In this document: positions 25,723 through 34,975 of the stretch, piece by piece | How positions within the stretch are numbered: position 1 is the first letter of the stretch | How the letters are laid out: each line of letters starts with the position of its first letter | Origin: Acidimicrobiales bacterium | GTDB lineage: Bacteria > Actinomycetota > Acidimicrobiia > Acidimicrobiales > CATQHL01 | DNA length: 64,000 nt | Direction: 5' to 3' | NCBI GenBank assembly: GCA_965220035.1 | Contig: CBDCPC010000002.1 | Coordinates: forward strand, 1,021,821-1,085,820 | Program-made: the position numbers and the translations under genes | The notes under the pieces: generated by a model | Database searches by the model: none | The model's input: only the letters and a program-made list of their open reading frames with translations | What the model was told of the DNA's origin: nothing

Positions 25723-27292
25723 GATCCCCGGGGCTCGGGGTCTCGGCAAGCACGCGGACCGGCAGCCCGGTGGCGGCGGCCAGCAACTCGCTGCGCTGGT
25801 TGGCCGTGTACAACTCCACCGAGGCGTCGGCGCCGGGCGAGGTACCGCAGGCGATGACGAGCGCCTCGCCCGCCCTCGCCGTCACATTACGCACCGCCCC
25901 GCTGCGCGTGCGATCGAGGGCGATGGCGATCCGCAGGATCCCTGCCAGCAGCTGCACCCGGGCGCGATCGGCGACGTTCAGCGCGGCGAACTCGGGATGG
26001 TCCGTCCGCGGCAGGGCCTTGCGCTGGTAGCGGGCCACCAGGGCGATCAACTCCACCTCGCGCTCGGTGAACCCCAGCAGCCGGTCGCTGCTGCGGATCA
26101 CGTAGTAGCTGTGCTTGTGGTGAGCGCCGCGCGAGATGTAGCGACCCACGTTGTGCAACATTCCGGCGGCCTCGAGCAGGTCCCTCTCGTAGAGGCCGAA
26201 GCGGTGGATGTCGGCCAGCGCGTCGAAGAGTTGCAGCGCCAGGTCGGCCACCTGCTGGACGTGCGGCCGCTCCTCCTCGTAGTCCTCCGCGATGCGCAGC
26301 ACCGACTCCCGCCTGATGTCACTGAGATGCCAAAAGGCGTCGCCACCTCCACCGGCGTGGACGCCGTCCAGCAGAACGCCCTCGCGCAGGGCGTAGCCGG
26401 AGACGGTGATCGCCGGTATCCCGAAGCACTCGAACACGCCCTCCAGCAGGAGGGCGCCCGCCACGATCACGTCGGCCCGCCGCTCGTCCAGACCGCCGAG
26501 GGATCGGCGCGCCTCCGGCATCGGCGCCGCGATCACGGCATCGGTGACCTCGGCCAGTTCGGCGCGGGTGAACGAGACGTTGTTGACCCAGCGGTCCCCG
26601 GGGCCATTGCGCCGGTGCTCGGCCATCTGGGCGATGGTAGCGATCGTCCCGGAACTGCCCACCGCCAGCTCGTAGCCCAGCGGACTCAGGTCATGACCCA
26701 CCGGGGCCAGGAACGACCGCACGTAGGCACGGCATTCCCTCACGGCGGTCGCATCGGCCACCCCGCCGGGGAAGAAGCGCTCCGTGAGGCGGACGTGCCC
26801 GAGCTTCACGCTGCGCGCCGCCAGCGGCCTGTCCCCCCACCCGATGAGCAGTTCGGTGCTGCCGCCGCCGATGTCGACCAGAAGGATGCGCCGGTCGTAG
26901 ACGGAGAGGGCCTGCACCACACCGAGGTGGATCAGCCGCGCCTCCTCGGTTCCCGACACGACCTCGACGTCGATGCCCGCCTCCGCAGCGGCACGGTCGA
27001 GGAACTCGCGGCGATTCTCGGCCTCGCGGACGGCGCTCGTCGCCACGGCCCGCACGGTTGCGCCGAAGGAGGCGGCGGTCTTGACGAGCCCGCGCAGCGC
27101 ACCGATCCCACGGTCGATGGCCTCCGCCTGCAACAGGCGCATGTCGCCCGACCCGGATCCCAGACGCACCACCTCCTTGTCCCGGCAGAGGATCTCGAGG
27201 CCGCCGGTCTCGCTGACCCTGGCGACCACGAGGTGGAACGAGTTGGTTCCGACGTCGATAGCGGCATGGACCTCGCCGGCCGCACCATTCAC
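25679..27292 (-). CDS. Ppx/GppA family exopolyphosphatase with C-terminal HD domain
   Basis: ..AAIDVGTNSFHLVVARV.. (ASKHA phosphatase N-terminus), then ..LLVDIGGGSTEL.., and a C-terminal HD region (..MLHNVGRYISRGAHHKHSYY..). The start was placed at GTG ~27292 (VNGAAGEVHAAIDVG); the ORF maximum 27760 is implausible. Confidence 0.75.
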   Translation of the reverse strand: MNGAAGEVHAAIDVGTNSFHLVVARVSETGGLEILCRDKEVVRLGSGSGDMRLLQAEAIDRGIGALRGLVKTAASFGATVRAVATSAVREAENRREFLDRAAAEAGIDVEVVSGTEEARLIHLGVVQALSVYDRRILLVDIGGGSTELLIGWGDRPLAARSVKLGHVRLTERFFPGGVADATAVRECRAYVRSFLAPVGHDLSPLGYELAVGSSGTIATIAQMAEHRRNGPGDRWVNNVSFTRAELAEVTDAVIAAPMPEARRSLGGLDERRADVIVAGALLLEGVFECFGIPAITVSGYALREGVLLDGVHAGGGGDAFWHLSDIRRESVLRIAEDYEEERPHVQQVADLALQLFDALADIHRFGLYERDLLEAAGMLHNVGRYISRGAHHKHSYYVIRSSDRLLGFTEREVELIALVARYQRKALPRTDHPEFAALNVADRARVQLLAGILRIAIALDRTRSGAVRNVTARAGEALVIACGTSPGADASVELYTANQRSELLAAATGLPVRVLAETPSPGDPLAAARIPPAGARL

Positions 27293-27318
27293 CACGGGAC
27301 TGAAGCTACCGGCGAGCT

Positions 27319-28572
27319 CTAACCGGCACTCACCGCGCGGCGCAGCAGCCGTTGGCGGAACTCGTTCAGGATGCCGATCGTCGTGAACTGGCGCGTTCGC
27401 TCCCGGTCGAACGGGAACACCTGGCGGTGCGCCACGATCTCGCCGTCGACCGACGTGGCCATCCAGACCGTTCCCGGCTCCTCGCCGTCGGCGGAGGCGG
27501 GGCCGGCCACACCGGTCACAGCCAGCGAGCAGTCGGCGCCCAGCCGCTCGCAGGCCCCCTCGGCCATCGCCCGCACGGCCTGCTCCGATACGACGGGACC
27601 CGCCGGAACGCCCAGCAGGCGCCGCTTGGCCTCGCCGGCATAGGTCACCAGCGAGCCTAGGAACACGTCGCCGGCGCCCGGCACCGCGACCAGGCGCGCC
27701 GCGATCATGCCGCCGGTGAGCGACTCCGCGGTCGCCAGGGTCAGACCGGACCGCCGGCACAGGTCCAGCACCGCCGACTCCATCGTCTCGTCGTCGGTCC
27801 CGAACACGAGATGGTCACCGATGGCGGCACGCACCGTCGCCTCCTCTTCATCGAGGATGGTCGCCGCTTCCGCCTCCGTTGCGGCCTTGGCCGTGAGGCG
27901 CACCTTCAGCCCCTCCATCCCCGAGGCCAGGAACGCCACCGTGGCGCGCCCGGAGGCGTCGAGACGCTCGATGACACCGCTGAGTTGTTCGGCAAGTCCC
28001 CCCTCGGATTCGCCCCACGTGCGCAGCGTCCGGCTCTGGATCACCGAGGAGACACCTGCCCGGCGCCGCATGTCGTCGGAGATCCACCCGGTCATCATCT
28101 CCTTCATCTCCCAGGGCACGCCCGGCACGGCGTAAATCACCGTGTCTCCCACCGGGCAGACCAGGCCGGGTGCGGTGCCCGGAAAGGTCGGCACGAAGGC
28201 AGCCCCCTCGGGCACGTCCGCCTGCCGGAGGTTGTTGGCCGGCATCGGACGCCCGCGGCCCCAGAACTTCTGCTGGATGCGGTCGACGAGTTCGGGGTCC
28301 CGCCGGAGTTCGGTGCCCATGACGGCGGCCAGCGCGTCACGCGTGATGTCGTCGTGGGTTGGGCCCAGGCCGCCGCAGACCACCACGAAGTCGCTGCGCG
28401 CCACGGCGGTCTCCAGCACGGTTCGGATCCGCTCGAGATTGTCCCCGACCTTCGTCTGGTAGTACGAGTCGATTCCCAGCGTGGCGAGATGCTCGCCGAT
28501 CCAGGCCGAGTTGGTGTCGATCACCTGCCCGAGCAGCAGCTCGGTGCCGACCGCCACGACCTCACACCTCAC
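27319..28572 (-). CDS. cinA: CinA-family competence/damage-inducible protein (NMN deamidase)
   Basis: VRCEVVAVGTELLLGQVIDTNSAWIGEHL.. (MoCF-biosynthesis-like N-domain) plus a CinA C-domain. The GTG start overlaps the pgsA stop (GTGA). Confidence 0.8.
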   Translation of the reverse strand: MRCEVVAVGTELLLGQVIDTNSAWIGEHLATLGIDSYYQTKVGDNLERIRTVLETAVARSDFVVVCGGLGPTHDDITRDALAAVMGTELRRDPELVDRIQQKFWGRGRPMPANNLRQADVPEGAAFVPTFPGTAPGLVCPVGDTVIYAVPGVPWEMKEMMTGWISDDMRRRAGVSSVIQSRTLRTWGESEGGLAEQLSGVIERLDASGRATVAFLASGMEGLKVRLTAKAATEAEAATILDEEEATVRAAIGDHLVFGTDDETMESAVLDLCRRSGLTLATAESLTGGMIAARLVAVPGAGDVFLGSLVTYAGEAKRRLLGVPAGPVVSEQAVRAMAEGACERLGADCSLAVTGVAGPASADGEEPGTVWMATSVDGEIVAHRQVFPFDRERTRQFTTIGILNEFRQRLLRRAVSAG

Positions 28573-29180
28573 GTCGTACCCCCGGTGGCGGCTCCGTTCA
28601 TGCTGGTCGCACGGCGACCGTCGGCAAGGTAGAGGACACCGGTGATCGTCGTTGCGGCGACCGCCAGCCACCAGACGGCGAGAATGAGCCCCTCGCGCGC
28701 CGGCGAATCCTCCGCCGCCAGGGGCGGGACGAGGCTCAGAATGACGGCCAGACCCTGCAGGATGACCTTCCACTTGGCCGAGCGCCGAGCCGGCACGGAG
28801 AGACCGCGGCGCGCCGAGTGCACGCGGAACCCGCTCATCCACACCTCCCTAGCGGCGATCAGCGCAACCGGGATCCAACTCACCCTGCCGATGGTGGCGA
28901 GGCACGCCATCGAGCCGAGAACCACGATCTTGTCGGCCAGCGGATCCAGGAAGGCGCCGGAGCGCGTCACCGTGCCGGTGATGCGCGCCAGGTGGCCGTC
29001 CCAGGCATCGGAAGCGGCGAACACCACGGCAACCGCCGCAGCCACCCATGACGCCCCGCCGTCGTCGTCGGCCCGCAGGATCAACCAGAAGAGCACCGGG
29101 GAAGCGCCGATGCGCCCCAGCGTGATGAGGTTCGCGGCGCTGGACAGCCCGAGTCCGATGTCCGGCGCCGGTGCCGTCAC
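28569..29180 (-). CDS. pgsA: CDP-diacylglycerol--glycerol-3-phosphate 3-phosphatidyltransferase
   Basis: CDP-alcohol phosphatidyltransferase motif ..DAWDGHLARITGTVTRSGAFLDPLADK.. The GTG start at 29180 overlaps the rimO stop (GTGA). Confidence 0.8.
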   Translation of the reverse strand: MTAPAPDIGLGLSSAANLITLGRIGASPVLFWLILRADDDGGASWVAAAVAVVFAASDAWDGHLARITGTVTRSGAFLDPLADKIVVLGSMACLATIGRVSWIPVALIAAREVWMSGFRVHSARRGLSVPARRSAKWKVILQGLAVILSLVPPLAAEDSPAREGLILAVWWLAVAATTITGVLYLADGRRATSMNGAATGGTT

Positions 29181-30487
29181 GCAGCCTCCCCGGCGGGCGT
29201 TCCGACCGGCACGAGGGGCGCCGCCACCAGGTCGACGCCCGCAGCGCCGGTGATCTCGACCTCGACGAACCGGCCCGGTGCCAGATCGCGGGGCACCTCC
29301 ACGAGGCCGTCGATCTCGGGCGCCTCCCGGTGGCTGCGCGCCCATCCCGGTTCGTCCACCAGGACCGTCGTGCGGCTGCCGACGAGGCTCCGGCGACGCT
29401 GCTCGGTGATCGCATCGCAGACCTCGCGCAACTCGGCCATGCGCTCGGCCACGAGCGGCCCGGGAACCCGACCGTCCAGGTCCGCCGAGTACGTTCCCTC
29501 CTCCTCCGAGTAGGCGAACACCCCGACCCAGTCCAGTTGCGCCTCCGTCACGAAGGCCAGCAGCTCGTCGTGGTCCTCCTCGGTCTCGCCGGGATAGCCC
29601 ACGATGAAGTTGGAGCGGAAGACCGCGTGCGGCGCCTGCCGGCGGATCGCGGCGATGCGTGCCAGGAAGCGTTCACCATCCCCCCAGCGCCGCATCCGTC
29701 GCAGCAGCGGGCGGGAGGCGTGTTGCAGGGAGAGGTCGAAGTACGCCACGTCTGTGGCCAGGACGGCGGCGATCAACTCGCCGGTCAGATCGGAGGGGTA
29801 CAGGTAGAGCAACCTCACCCATGGCACGAGCCGGCGCGCCGCCTCCACGAGTGGCACGAGCCGGCGCTCGCCGCGACCCCCGTCGCGGCCGTAGGACGCC
29901 AGATCCTGCGCGACCAGCACGACCTCGGACACACCCAGTATCTCGATCTCGGCCAGGATCGCCTCGGCCGTGCGCGAACGCTGCGGCCCTCGGAAAGTGG
30001 GGATGGCGCAGTAGCCGCATTTCCGGTCGCAACCCTCGGCGATCTTCACGTAGGCCCACGGGGCCTGTGCCGGTGGGCGCGGCAGGTTCAGCAGATCCAT
30101 GCGAGGCACCGCAGGTCCGGCGGACTCGACCTTGAGGCGGCGGCTCCCGCGCCGGGTTGGCCCCAGCGTGAGCGGCTCGCCGAAGCCCGCCACGGCGTCG
30201 ATCGTGGGACGCTCCTCCCGCAATTGAGCCCCCGTGCGTTCAGCCAGGCAGCCCGTCACCACGAGTCGAGATCCAGAGCGGCGTCGCGCCGCCAGGCTGT
30301 CGATGACCTCCAGTGACTCGCGCCTGGCATCGGCGATGAAGGCGCAGGTGTTCACGACGACGAGGTCAGCCTCGCCGGCATCGCCGGCCGGGCTGTAGCC
30401 GTCCGCGGCGAGCTGCCCGGCGATCTTGTCGGAGTCGACCTGGTTCTTCGGACACCCGAGTGTCTCCAGCCAGTACCGCCTCCCCAC
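29177..30487 (-). CDS. rimO: Ribosomal protein S12 methylthiotransferase RimO (MiaB-like radical SAM)
   Basis: MTTase N-domain ..YWLETLGCPKNQVDSD.., radical SAM CxxxCxxC motif ..EGCDRKCGYCAIP.., and a C-terminal TRAM domain. The start was placed at GTG 30487; the 717-aa maximal ORF overlaps the NfeD gene and is rejected. Confidence 0.8.
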   Translation of the reverse strand: MGRRYWLETLGCPKNQVDSDKIAGQLAADGYSPAGDAGEADLVVVNTCAFIADARRESLEVIDSLAARRRSGSRLVVTGCLAERTGAQLREERPTIDAVAGFGEPLTLGPTRRGSRRLKVESAGPAVPRMDLLNLPRPPAQAPWAYVKIAEGCDRKCGYCAIPTFRGPQRSRTAEAILAEIEILGVSEVVLVAQDLASYGRDGGRGERRLVPLVEAARRLVPWVRLLYLYPSDLTGELIAAVLATDVAYFDLSLQHASRPLLRRMRRWGDGERFLARIAAIRRQAPHAVFRSNFIVGYPGETEEDHDELLAFVTEAQLDWVGVFAYSEEEGTYSADLDGRVPGPLVAERMAELREVCDAITEQRRRSLVGSRTTVLVDEPGWARSHREAPEIDGLVEVPRDLAPGRFVEVEITGAAGVDLVAAPLVPVGTPAGEAA

Positions 30488-30688
30488 GGGTTCAGAGCGT
30501 ACCGCTGGTGCGCGCGCCACAGATGATGGCGACCCCGCGGTGGAACCGCCGCGACTCGGTTCGGCGCGGCCCCGGTGCGTCGAGCGGGGCTCGCGACCAT
30601 GCCCGCGCCGCAGTTCCCCGGTAGCCTGAAGGGTGCGGAGCCGCTCAGCAGACGGCGCCGCGCCGAACCGACCGGGGGGAACGCTTCG

Positions 30689-31246
30689 ATGGCCGAGTGG
30701 TGGGACGCCCTGACGGGCGATCTGCAGGTCTTCTACCTGATCGGCATCGTCTCGGGCGCCTTCCTGATGCTGCAACTCGTCTTGATGACGGTTGGCATCG
30801 GTCTGGATTTCGACTTCGATTTCGAGAGCAGCGATGCCGACGTGGGTTTCCTGTCGCTGCGCAGTCTCACCGCCTTCTTCTTCGCCTTCGGCTGGACGGG
30901 CGTGCTCATGAAGCAGGGCGAGAACTCCACCGCGGTGTCGGTGATCGTGGCGGTCGCCGTGGGCCTCGCCGTGTTCTTCGTGGTGGTTCTGATCTGGCGG
31001 CGGTTCGCCCAGATGAACGAGAGCGGCTCCCTCGACTACCGCAGCGCTGTGGGCGTCAACGGCACCGTCTACCTTCCGATCTCGGCCAACCGCGCCAAGG
31101 CGGGGAAGGTGGAGGTGATGGTGCAGGGACGCATGAAGGTGATCGACGCCTTCACGACCGCCGGCAAGGACCTGCCCGCAAAGACCCGCGTGAAGGTGAG
31201 CGACGTGGTGGACCCCACCACCGTCCTCGTCGAGCCGCTCACCTGA
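30689..31246 (+). CDS. NfeD-family membrane protein (flotillin partner)
   Basis: ATG 30689 is preceded by a GGGGGGA RBS. There are two TM helices, then an OB-fold C-terminus (..GTVYLPISANRAKAGKVEVMVQGRMKVIDAFT..). It lies immediately upstream of the flotillin gene. Confidence 0.7.
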   Translation: MAEWWDALTGDLQVFYLIGIVSGAFLMLQLVLMTVGIGLDFDFDFESSDADVGFLSLRSLTAFFFAFGWTGVLMKQGENSTAVSVIVAVAVGLAVFFVVVLIWRRFAQMNESGSLDYRSAVGVNGTVYLPISANRAKAGKVEVMVQGRMKVIDAFTTAGKDLPAKTRVKVSDVVDPTTVLVEPLT

Positions 31247-31292
31247 CACCTCGTAGCCGAAACTCTCCGAGTCCCCTCCGAAAGGACCCCAC

Positions 31293-32708
31293 ATGGCAAT
31301 CATCGCCCTAGTCGTCGGCCTCGTCGCCATCCTCCTGATCGCCCTGCTGTGGGTGGCGTCCCGCTACAAGCGCTGCCCGTCGGATCGCATCCTCGTCATT
31401 TACGGCCGCGTCGGCGGCGAGGGCGCTTCGGCACGCTGCCTGCACGGCGGCGGCGCCCTGGTGTGGCCCATCATCCAGGGCTACGCCTTCCTGGATCTCA
31501 CGCCCATTTCCATCGATATCAAGCTGCAGGGCGCGCTCTCGCAGCAGAACATCAGGGTCAACACACCGGCCACCTTCACCGTCGGCGTCTCCACCGAGCC
31601 CGGCGTGATGCAGAACGCCGCCGAGCGGATGCTGGGCCTGAGCCTGGCGGAGGTGGAGAACCTGGCCCGCGACATCATCTTCGGGCAGATGCGCGTGGTC
31701 ATCGCCACCATGCCCATCGAAGAGATCAACACCGACCGCGAGAAGCTCATCACCAACATCACCGAGTCGCTGGAGACCGAGTTGCGCAAGGTTGGTCTGC
31801 GGCTCATCAACGTCAACATCCAGGACATCACCGACGAGTCGGGATACATCGACGCCCTGGGCCGGGAGGCGGCGGCGCGGGCCATCAACGAGGCCAAGAT
31901 CAAGGTCTCCCAGCAGGAGCGCGACGGTGATATCGGCTCCGCCGAGGCGCAGCGGGAGCGCCGCATCAAGGTGGCGTCGGCCAACGCCACAGCCACCGAG
32001 GGTGAGAACGAGGCCAAGGTCACCGTGGCCCGCTCCGACAGCGAACGGCGGCAGCAGGAGGCCGAGGCCGAACGTGCGGCCAACGCAGCCGAGCGGGTCA
32101 CCCAGGCGCGCGTCGAGCAGGAGTCCTTCGCTGCCGAAGCCACCGCCGAGGTCGCCCGCGCCGAGCGGGAGAAGGCCTCCCAGCACGCCGACATCGTGGT
32201 GCCCGCCGAGGTGGAGCGCGAGCGGGTGCGCACCTTGGCCGAGGCCGAGGCCGACCGCATCCGGTTCATCCAGGGCGGCGAGGCCGACGGGCAGCGTCTC
32301 CGCATGGAGGCCGAGGCAATGGGCATCCTGGCCCTGCTGACCCGCCGGGCCGAGGGCCTGGGCGAGCTGGTGGACCGCACGGGCGGTGAAGCACAACTTG
32401 CCGCCCTGATGCTCATCGCCGAGCAGCTCCCCGTCCTGGTTGCCGAGCAGGTCAAGGCCATCTCCAACCTGAAGATCGACCAGGTGACGGTGTGGGACTC
32501 GGGCGGCGGCAACGGAGGCGGCGGGAGCACCGCCAACTTCCTGTCGGGTCTCATCGGCGCCCTTCCCCCGCTGCAGGATCTGGCCGCCCAGGTGGGCGTG
32601 AAGCTCCCGACCTTCCTCGGCGAGCTGGACGGTACGGCCACGCCGGAGACGCTGCGGAAACTCGCCGAGGTGATGGAGGCCGAGGCCGACGACGCCGTTG
32701 ACCAGTAG
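31293..32708 (+). CDS. Flotillin-like SPFH/band-7 protein (FloT/YqiK-like)
   Basis: 471 aa with an N-terminal TM, an SPFH domain (..DTPATFTVGVSTEP..INVNIQDITDESGYIDALG..), and a long EA-rich coiled coil. Confidence 0.85.
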   Translation: MAIIALVVGLVAILLIALLWVASRYKRCPSDRILVIYGRVGGEGASARCLHGGGALVWPIIQGYAFLDLTPISIDIKLQGALSQQNIRVNTPATFTVGVSTEPGVMQNAAERMLGLSLAEVENLARDIIFGQMRVVIATMPIEEINTDREKLITNITESLETELRKVGLRLINVNIQDITDESGYIDALGREAAARAINEAKIKVSQQERDGDIGSAEAQRERRIKVASANATATEGENEAKVTVARSDSERRQQEAEAERAANAAERVTQARVEQESFAAEATAEVARAEREKASQHADIVVPAEVERERVRTLAEAEADRIRFIQGGEADGQRLRMEAEAMGILALLTRRAEGLGELVDRTGGEAQLAALMLIAEQLPVLVAEQVKAISNLKIDQVTVWDSGGGNGGGGSTANFLSGLIGALPPLQDLAAQVGVKLPTFLGELDGTATPETLRKLAEVMEAEADDAVDQ

Positions 32709-32822
32709 GGCTCTGCCAAGTGATCCGCCGGCGGCGCCGGTCGGACCGCTGGGAAGTGGATTCCGGCCTCCGCCGGAATGACGGGGCAGAGCGTCCGCGG
32801 CAGCGCGCCGGGCGCGCCCGGC

Positions 32823-33833
32823 TCAGGAGACCAGAATGAGCGGCAGGGCAACCGCGTAGGCGACCAGCAGGGCGCCGCCCTCCCAGCGTTCCAGGCGTCG
32901 CTCCCGCCGGTTCGTAGCCAGGAACACCATTGCCAGCAGGATCATGCCGAACATGGCACCGGCGGCGACCCAGGGCACGCCGTCGCCTCCAAGCCCGCCC
33001 GGGCGGACCAGCGCGATGACACCCCCGATGGCCAGGCTGTTGAAGATGTTGCTGCCCAGCAGGTTGCCGAGGGTGAGCAGGGGCTGGCGCCGACGAATCC
33101 CGGCGAGCGCGGTGGCGAGTTCGGGAAGCGAGGTGCCGATCGCCACGAGGCTGAGGCCGACGAGGCCCGTGGCGAGTCCGATGCGCTCGGCGATGCCTGT
33201 GAAGCCGTCGACGGCGAGCTGCGCACCCGCCACGATCGCCACCAGACCCAGAGCCAGCCGCCAGAACTCACCGCGGCTGCGGGGGGATAGGCGCCGTACC
33301 GCGTCATCGATCCGCCGGTCCATCCTGTTCGGCGCGGAAATGTCCGGTCCCGGGGCGTCGCCGTGCTGCTCGTCGCGTGCGTGCGGGTCGCGCAACAGCC
33401 ACCAGGTGGCGCCGGCCATCGTCGCGAGGAGCACGCCGCCCTCCCAGCGCTCGACGACCCCACCGCCGGTGACCAGGAAGACCGCCAGCAGCAGGACCGC
33501 GCCGATGGCCAGCGGGACCCGGCGCCAGGCGGCGCGGTCGGCGGCGATGGGAACGGCAAGGGCGGCGACGCCGAGCACGAGGCCCATGTTGGCGGCGTTG
33601 GACCCGACGATGCCGCCAAGGCCGAGGGACGAATCGCCCCCGGCCGCGGCCGCCAGACCCACGACCAACTCCGGGAGGCTCGTGCCGAACCCCAGGATCA
33701 CCGCGCCGACCACGATCGGGGGAATCCCCCGGCGCGCCGCCAGCCGGGAACCCCCGGCCACCAGCCAGTCGGACCCGACCAGAAGGAGCACCAGCCCGAC
33801 GAGAGCCAGCACGATGTCGACAGCCATCCTCAC
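32823..33833 (-). CDS. Ca2+/Na+ antiporter (CaCA/YrbG family)
   Basis: 336 aa with two alpha-repeats (..GTSLPELVVGLAAAAGG.. and ..AIGTSLPELATALAGI..). Confidence 0.8.
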   Translation of the reverse strand: MRMAVDIVLALVGLVLLLVGSDWLVAGGSRLAARRGIPPIVVGAVILGFGTSLPELVVGLAAAAGGDSSLGLGGIVGSNAANMGLVLGVAALAVPIAADRAAWRRVPLAIGAVLLLAVFLVTGGGVVERWEGGVLLATMAGATWWLLRDPHARDEQHGDAPGPDISAPNRMDRRIDDAVRRLSPRSRGEFWRLALGLVAIVAGAQLAVDGFTGIAERIGLATGLVGLSLVAIGTSLPELATALAGIRRRQPLLTLGNLLGSNIFNSLAIGGVIALVRPGGLGGDGVPWVAAGAMFGMILLAMVFLATNRRERRLERWEGGALLVAYAVALPLILVS

Positions 33834-33886
33834 CCGCTTCCCGTCACCGGGCCGAGCACCGCGTTCGACTCACCGGCGCAGGTCCG

Positions 33887-34975
33887 CTACGGCGCCAGCA
33901 GCACCAGGTCGTCGCGATGGATCAACTCCTCGGGCGTTCCGGCCTCGTGTTCGTCGGTGCGCCGGCCGATGACGGCGTCGAGGCGTGCCGAGGGCAGCCG
34001 CACGAGTCCCTTGGCGAAGACCTCCCCATCGGGTCCGGCCACCCCCACCGCGTCGCCGGCCACGAACTCGCCGCTCACCGACCTCACACCCACCGCCAGC
34101 AGGGATTTCCCGCGATCCACGAGCGCGCGACGCGCCCCCTCGTCCACCGTGAGCATGCCGACGGATCGGACCGCGAAGGCGATCCACAGCTTGCGGGCGC
34201 CCAGCCGCTGCGGTCGCGGGCGAGCCAGGGTGCCCACGTTCTCCCCGGCCACCGCACCACGGAGCACGCCGGGACGGCGGGACGAGGCGATGACCGTGGC
34301 GACCCCGGCCCAGCTGGCGATCTTGGCCGCCGACAGCTTCGACGCCATGCCACCACGGGCATCCGCGTTGCCGATGCCGCCGGCCGCAGCCTCGAGCTCG
34401 CGGTCGATCTCGCGGATCTCGGCGATGAGCGACGCCTCGGCGGAGATGCGCGGGTCGGCTGTGTGCAGCCCCTCGGTGTCGGTGAGGATCACCAGCAGGT
34501 CGGCCTTCACCAGTTGCGCCACGAGGGCGGCGATCCGGTCGTTGTCACCGAACTGGATCTCGTCGTCGGCGACCGCGTCGTTCTCGTTGATGACGGGGAT
34601 CACGCCGAGCGACAGCAGGCGCTGGAGCGTGTCGCGGACGCGCAGATACCGGTTCCGCTCGAAGAAGTCCAGAGGCGTCAGGAGTATCTGCCCCGCCACG
34701 AGGCCGAGCCCGGCGAAGGCCTCGTTGTAGATCGCCATGAGGTGTCCCTGGCCGACCGCCGAGGAGGCCTGCAGGAGTACCGGATCGCTGGGGCGCGTCC
34801 GGAACCCGAGCAGCCAGCGGCCCGCGGTGATGGCAGCCGAGGTGACCAGCAGGACCTGGTGGCCGCCTGCCCGCAACTCCGCCAGCATCCCGCAGAGTCG
34901 CCCGATCTCCGCGGTGTCGACGTGACCCGAATCGTCGGTGAGCGACGAGGTGCCGATCTTGACGACGACGATCAT
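33887..34975 (-). CDS. proB: Glutamate 5-kinase
   Basis: MIVVVKIGTSSLTD.. (amino-acid kinase family) plus a C-terminal PUA domain. The start overlaps the obg stop (ATGA). Confidence 0.9.
   Translation of the reverse strand: MIVVVKIGTSSLTDDSGHVDTAEIGRLCGMLAELRAGGHQVLLVTSAAITAGRWLLGFRTRPSDPVLLQASSAVGQGHLMAIYNEAFAGLGLVAGQILLTPLDFFERNRYLRVRDTLQRLLSLGVIPVINENDAVADDEIQFGDNDRIAALVAQLVKADLLVILTDTEGLHTADPRISAEASLIAEIREIDRELEAAAGGIGNADARGGMASKLSAAKIASWAGVATVIASSRRPGVLRGAVAGENVGTLARPRPQRLGARKLWIAFAVRSVGMLTVDEGARRALVDRGKSLLAVGVRSVSGEFVAGDAVGVAGPDGEVFAKGLVRLPSARLDAVIGRRTDEHEAGTPEELIHRDDLVLLAP

Noticed and set aside
25499-27322. 607-aa plus-strand ORF
   Set aside because: It is antisense to the Ppx/GppA-HD gene.
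30488-31330. N-terminal 280 aa of the 717-aa rimO maximal ORF
   Set aside because: It runs antisense through the NfeD gene. RimO homology (YWLETLGCPKN) begins at about 30487.
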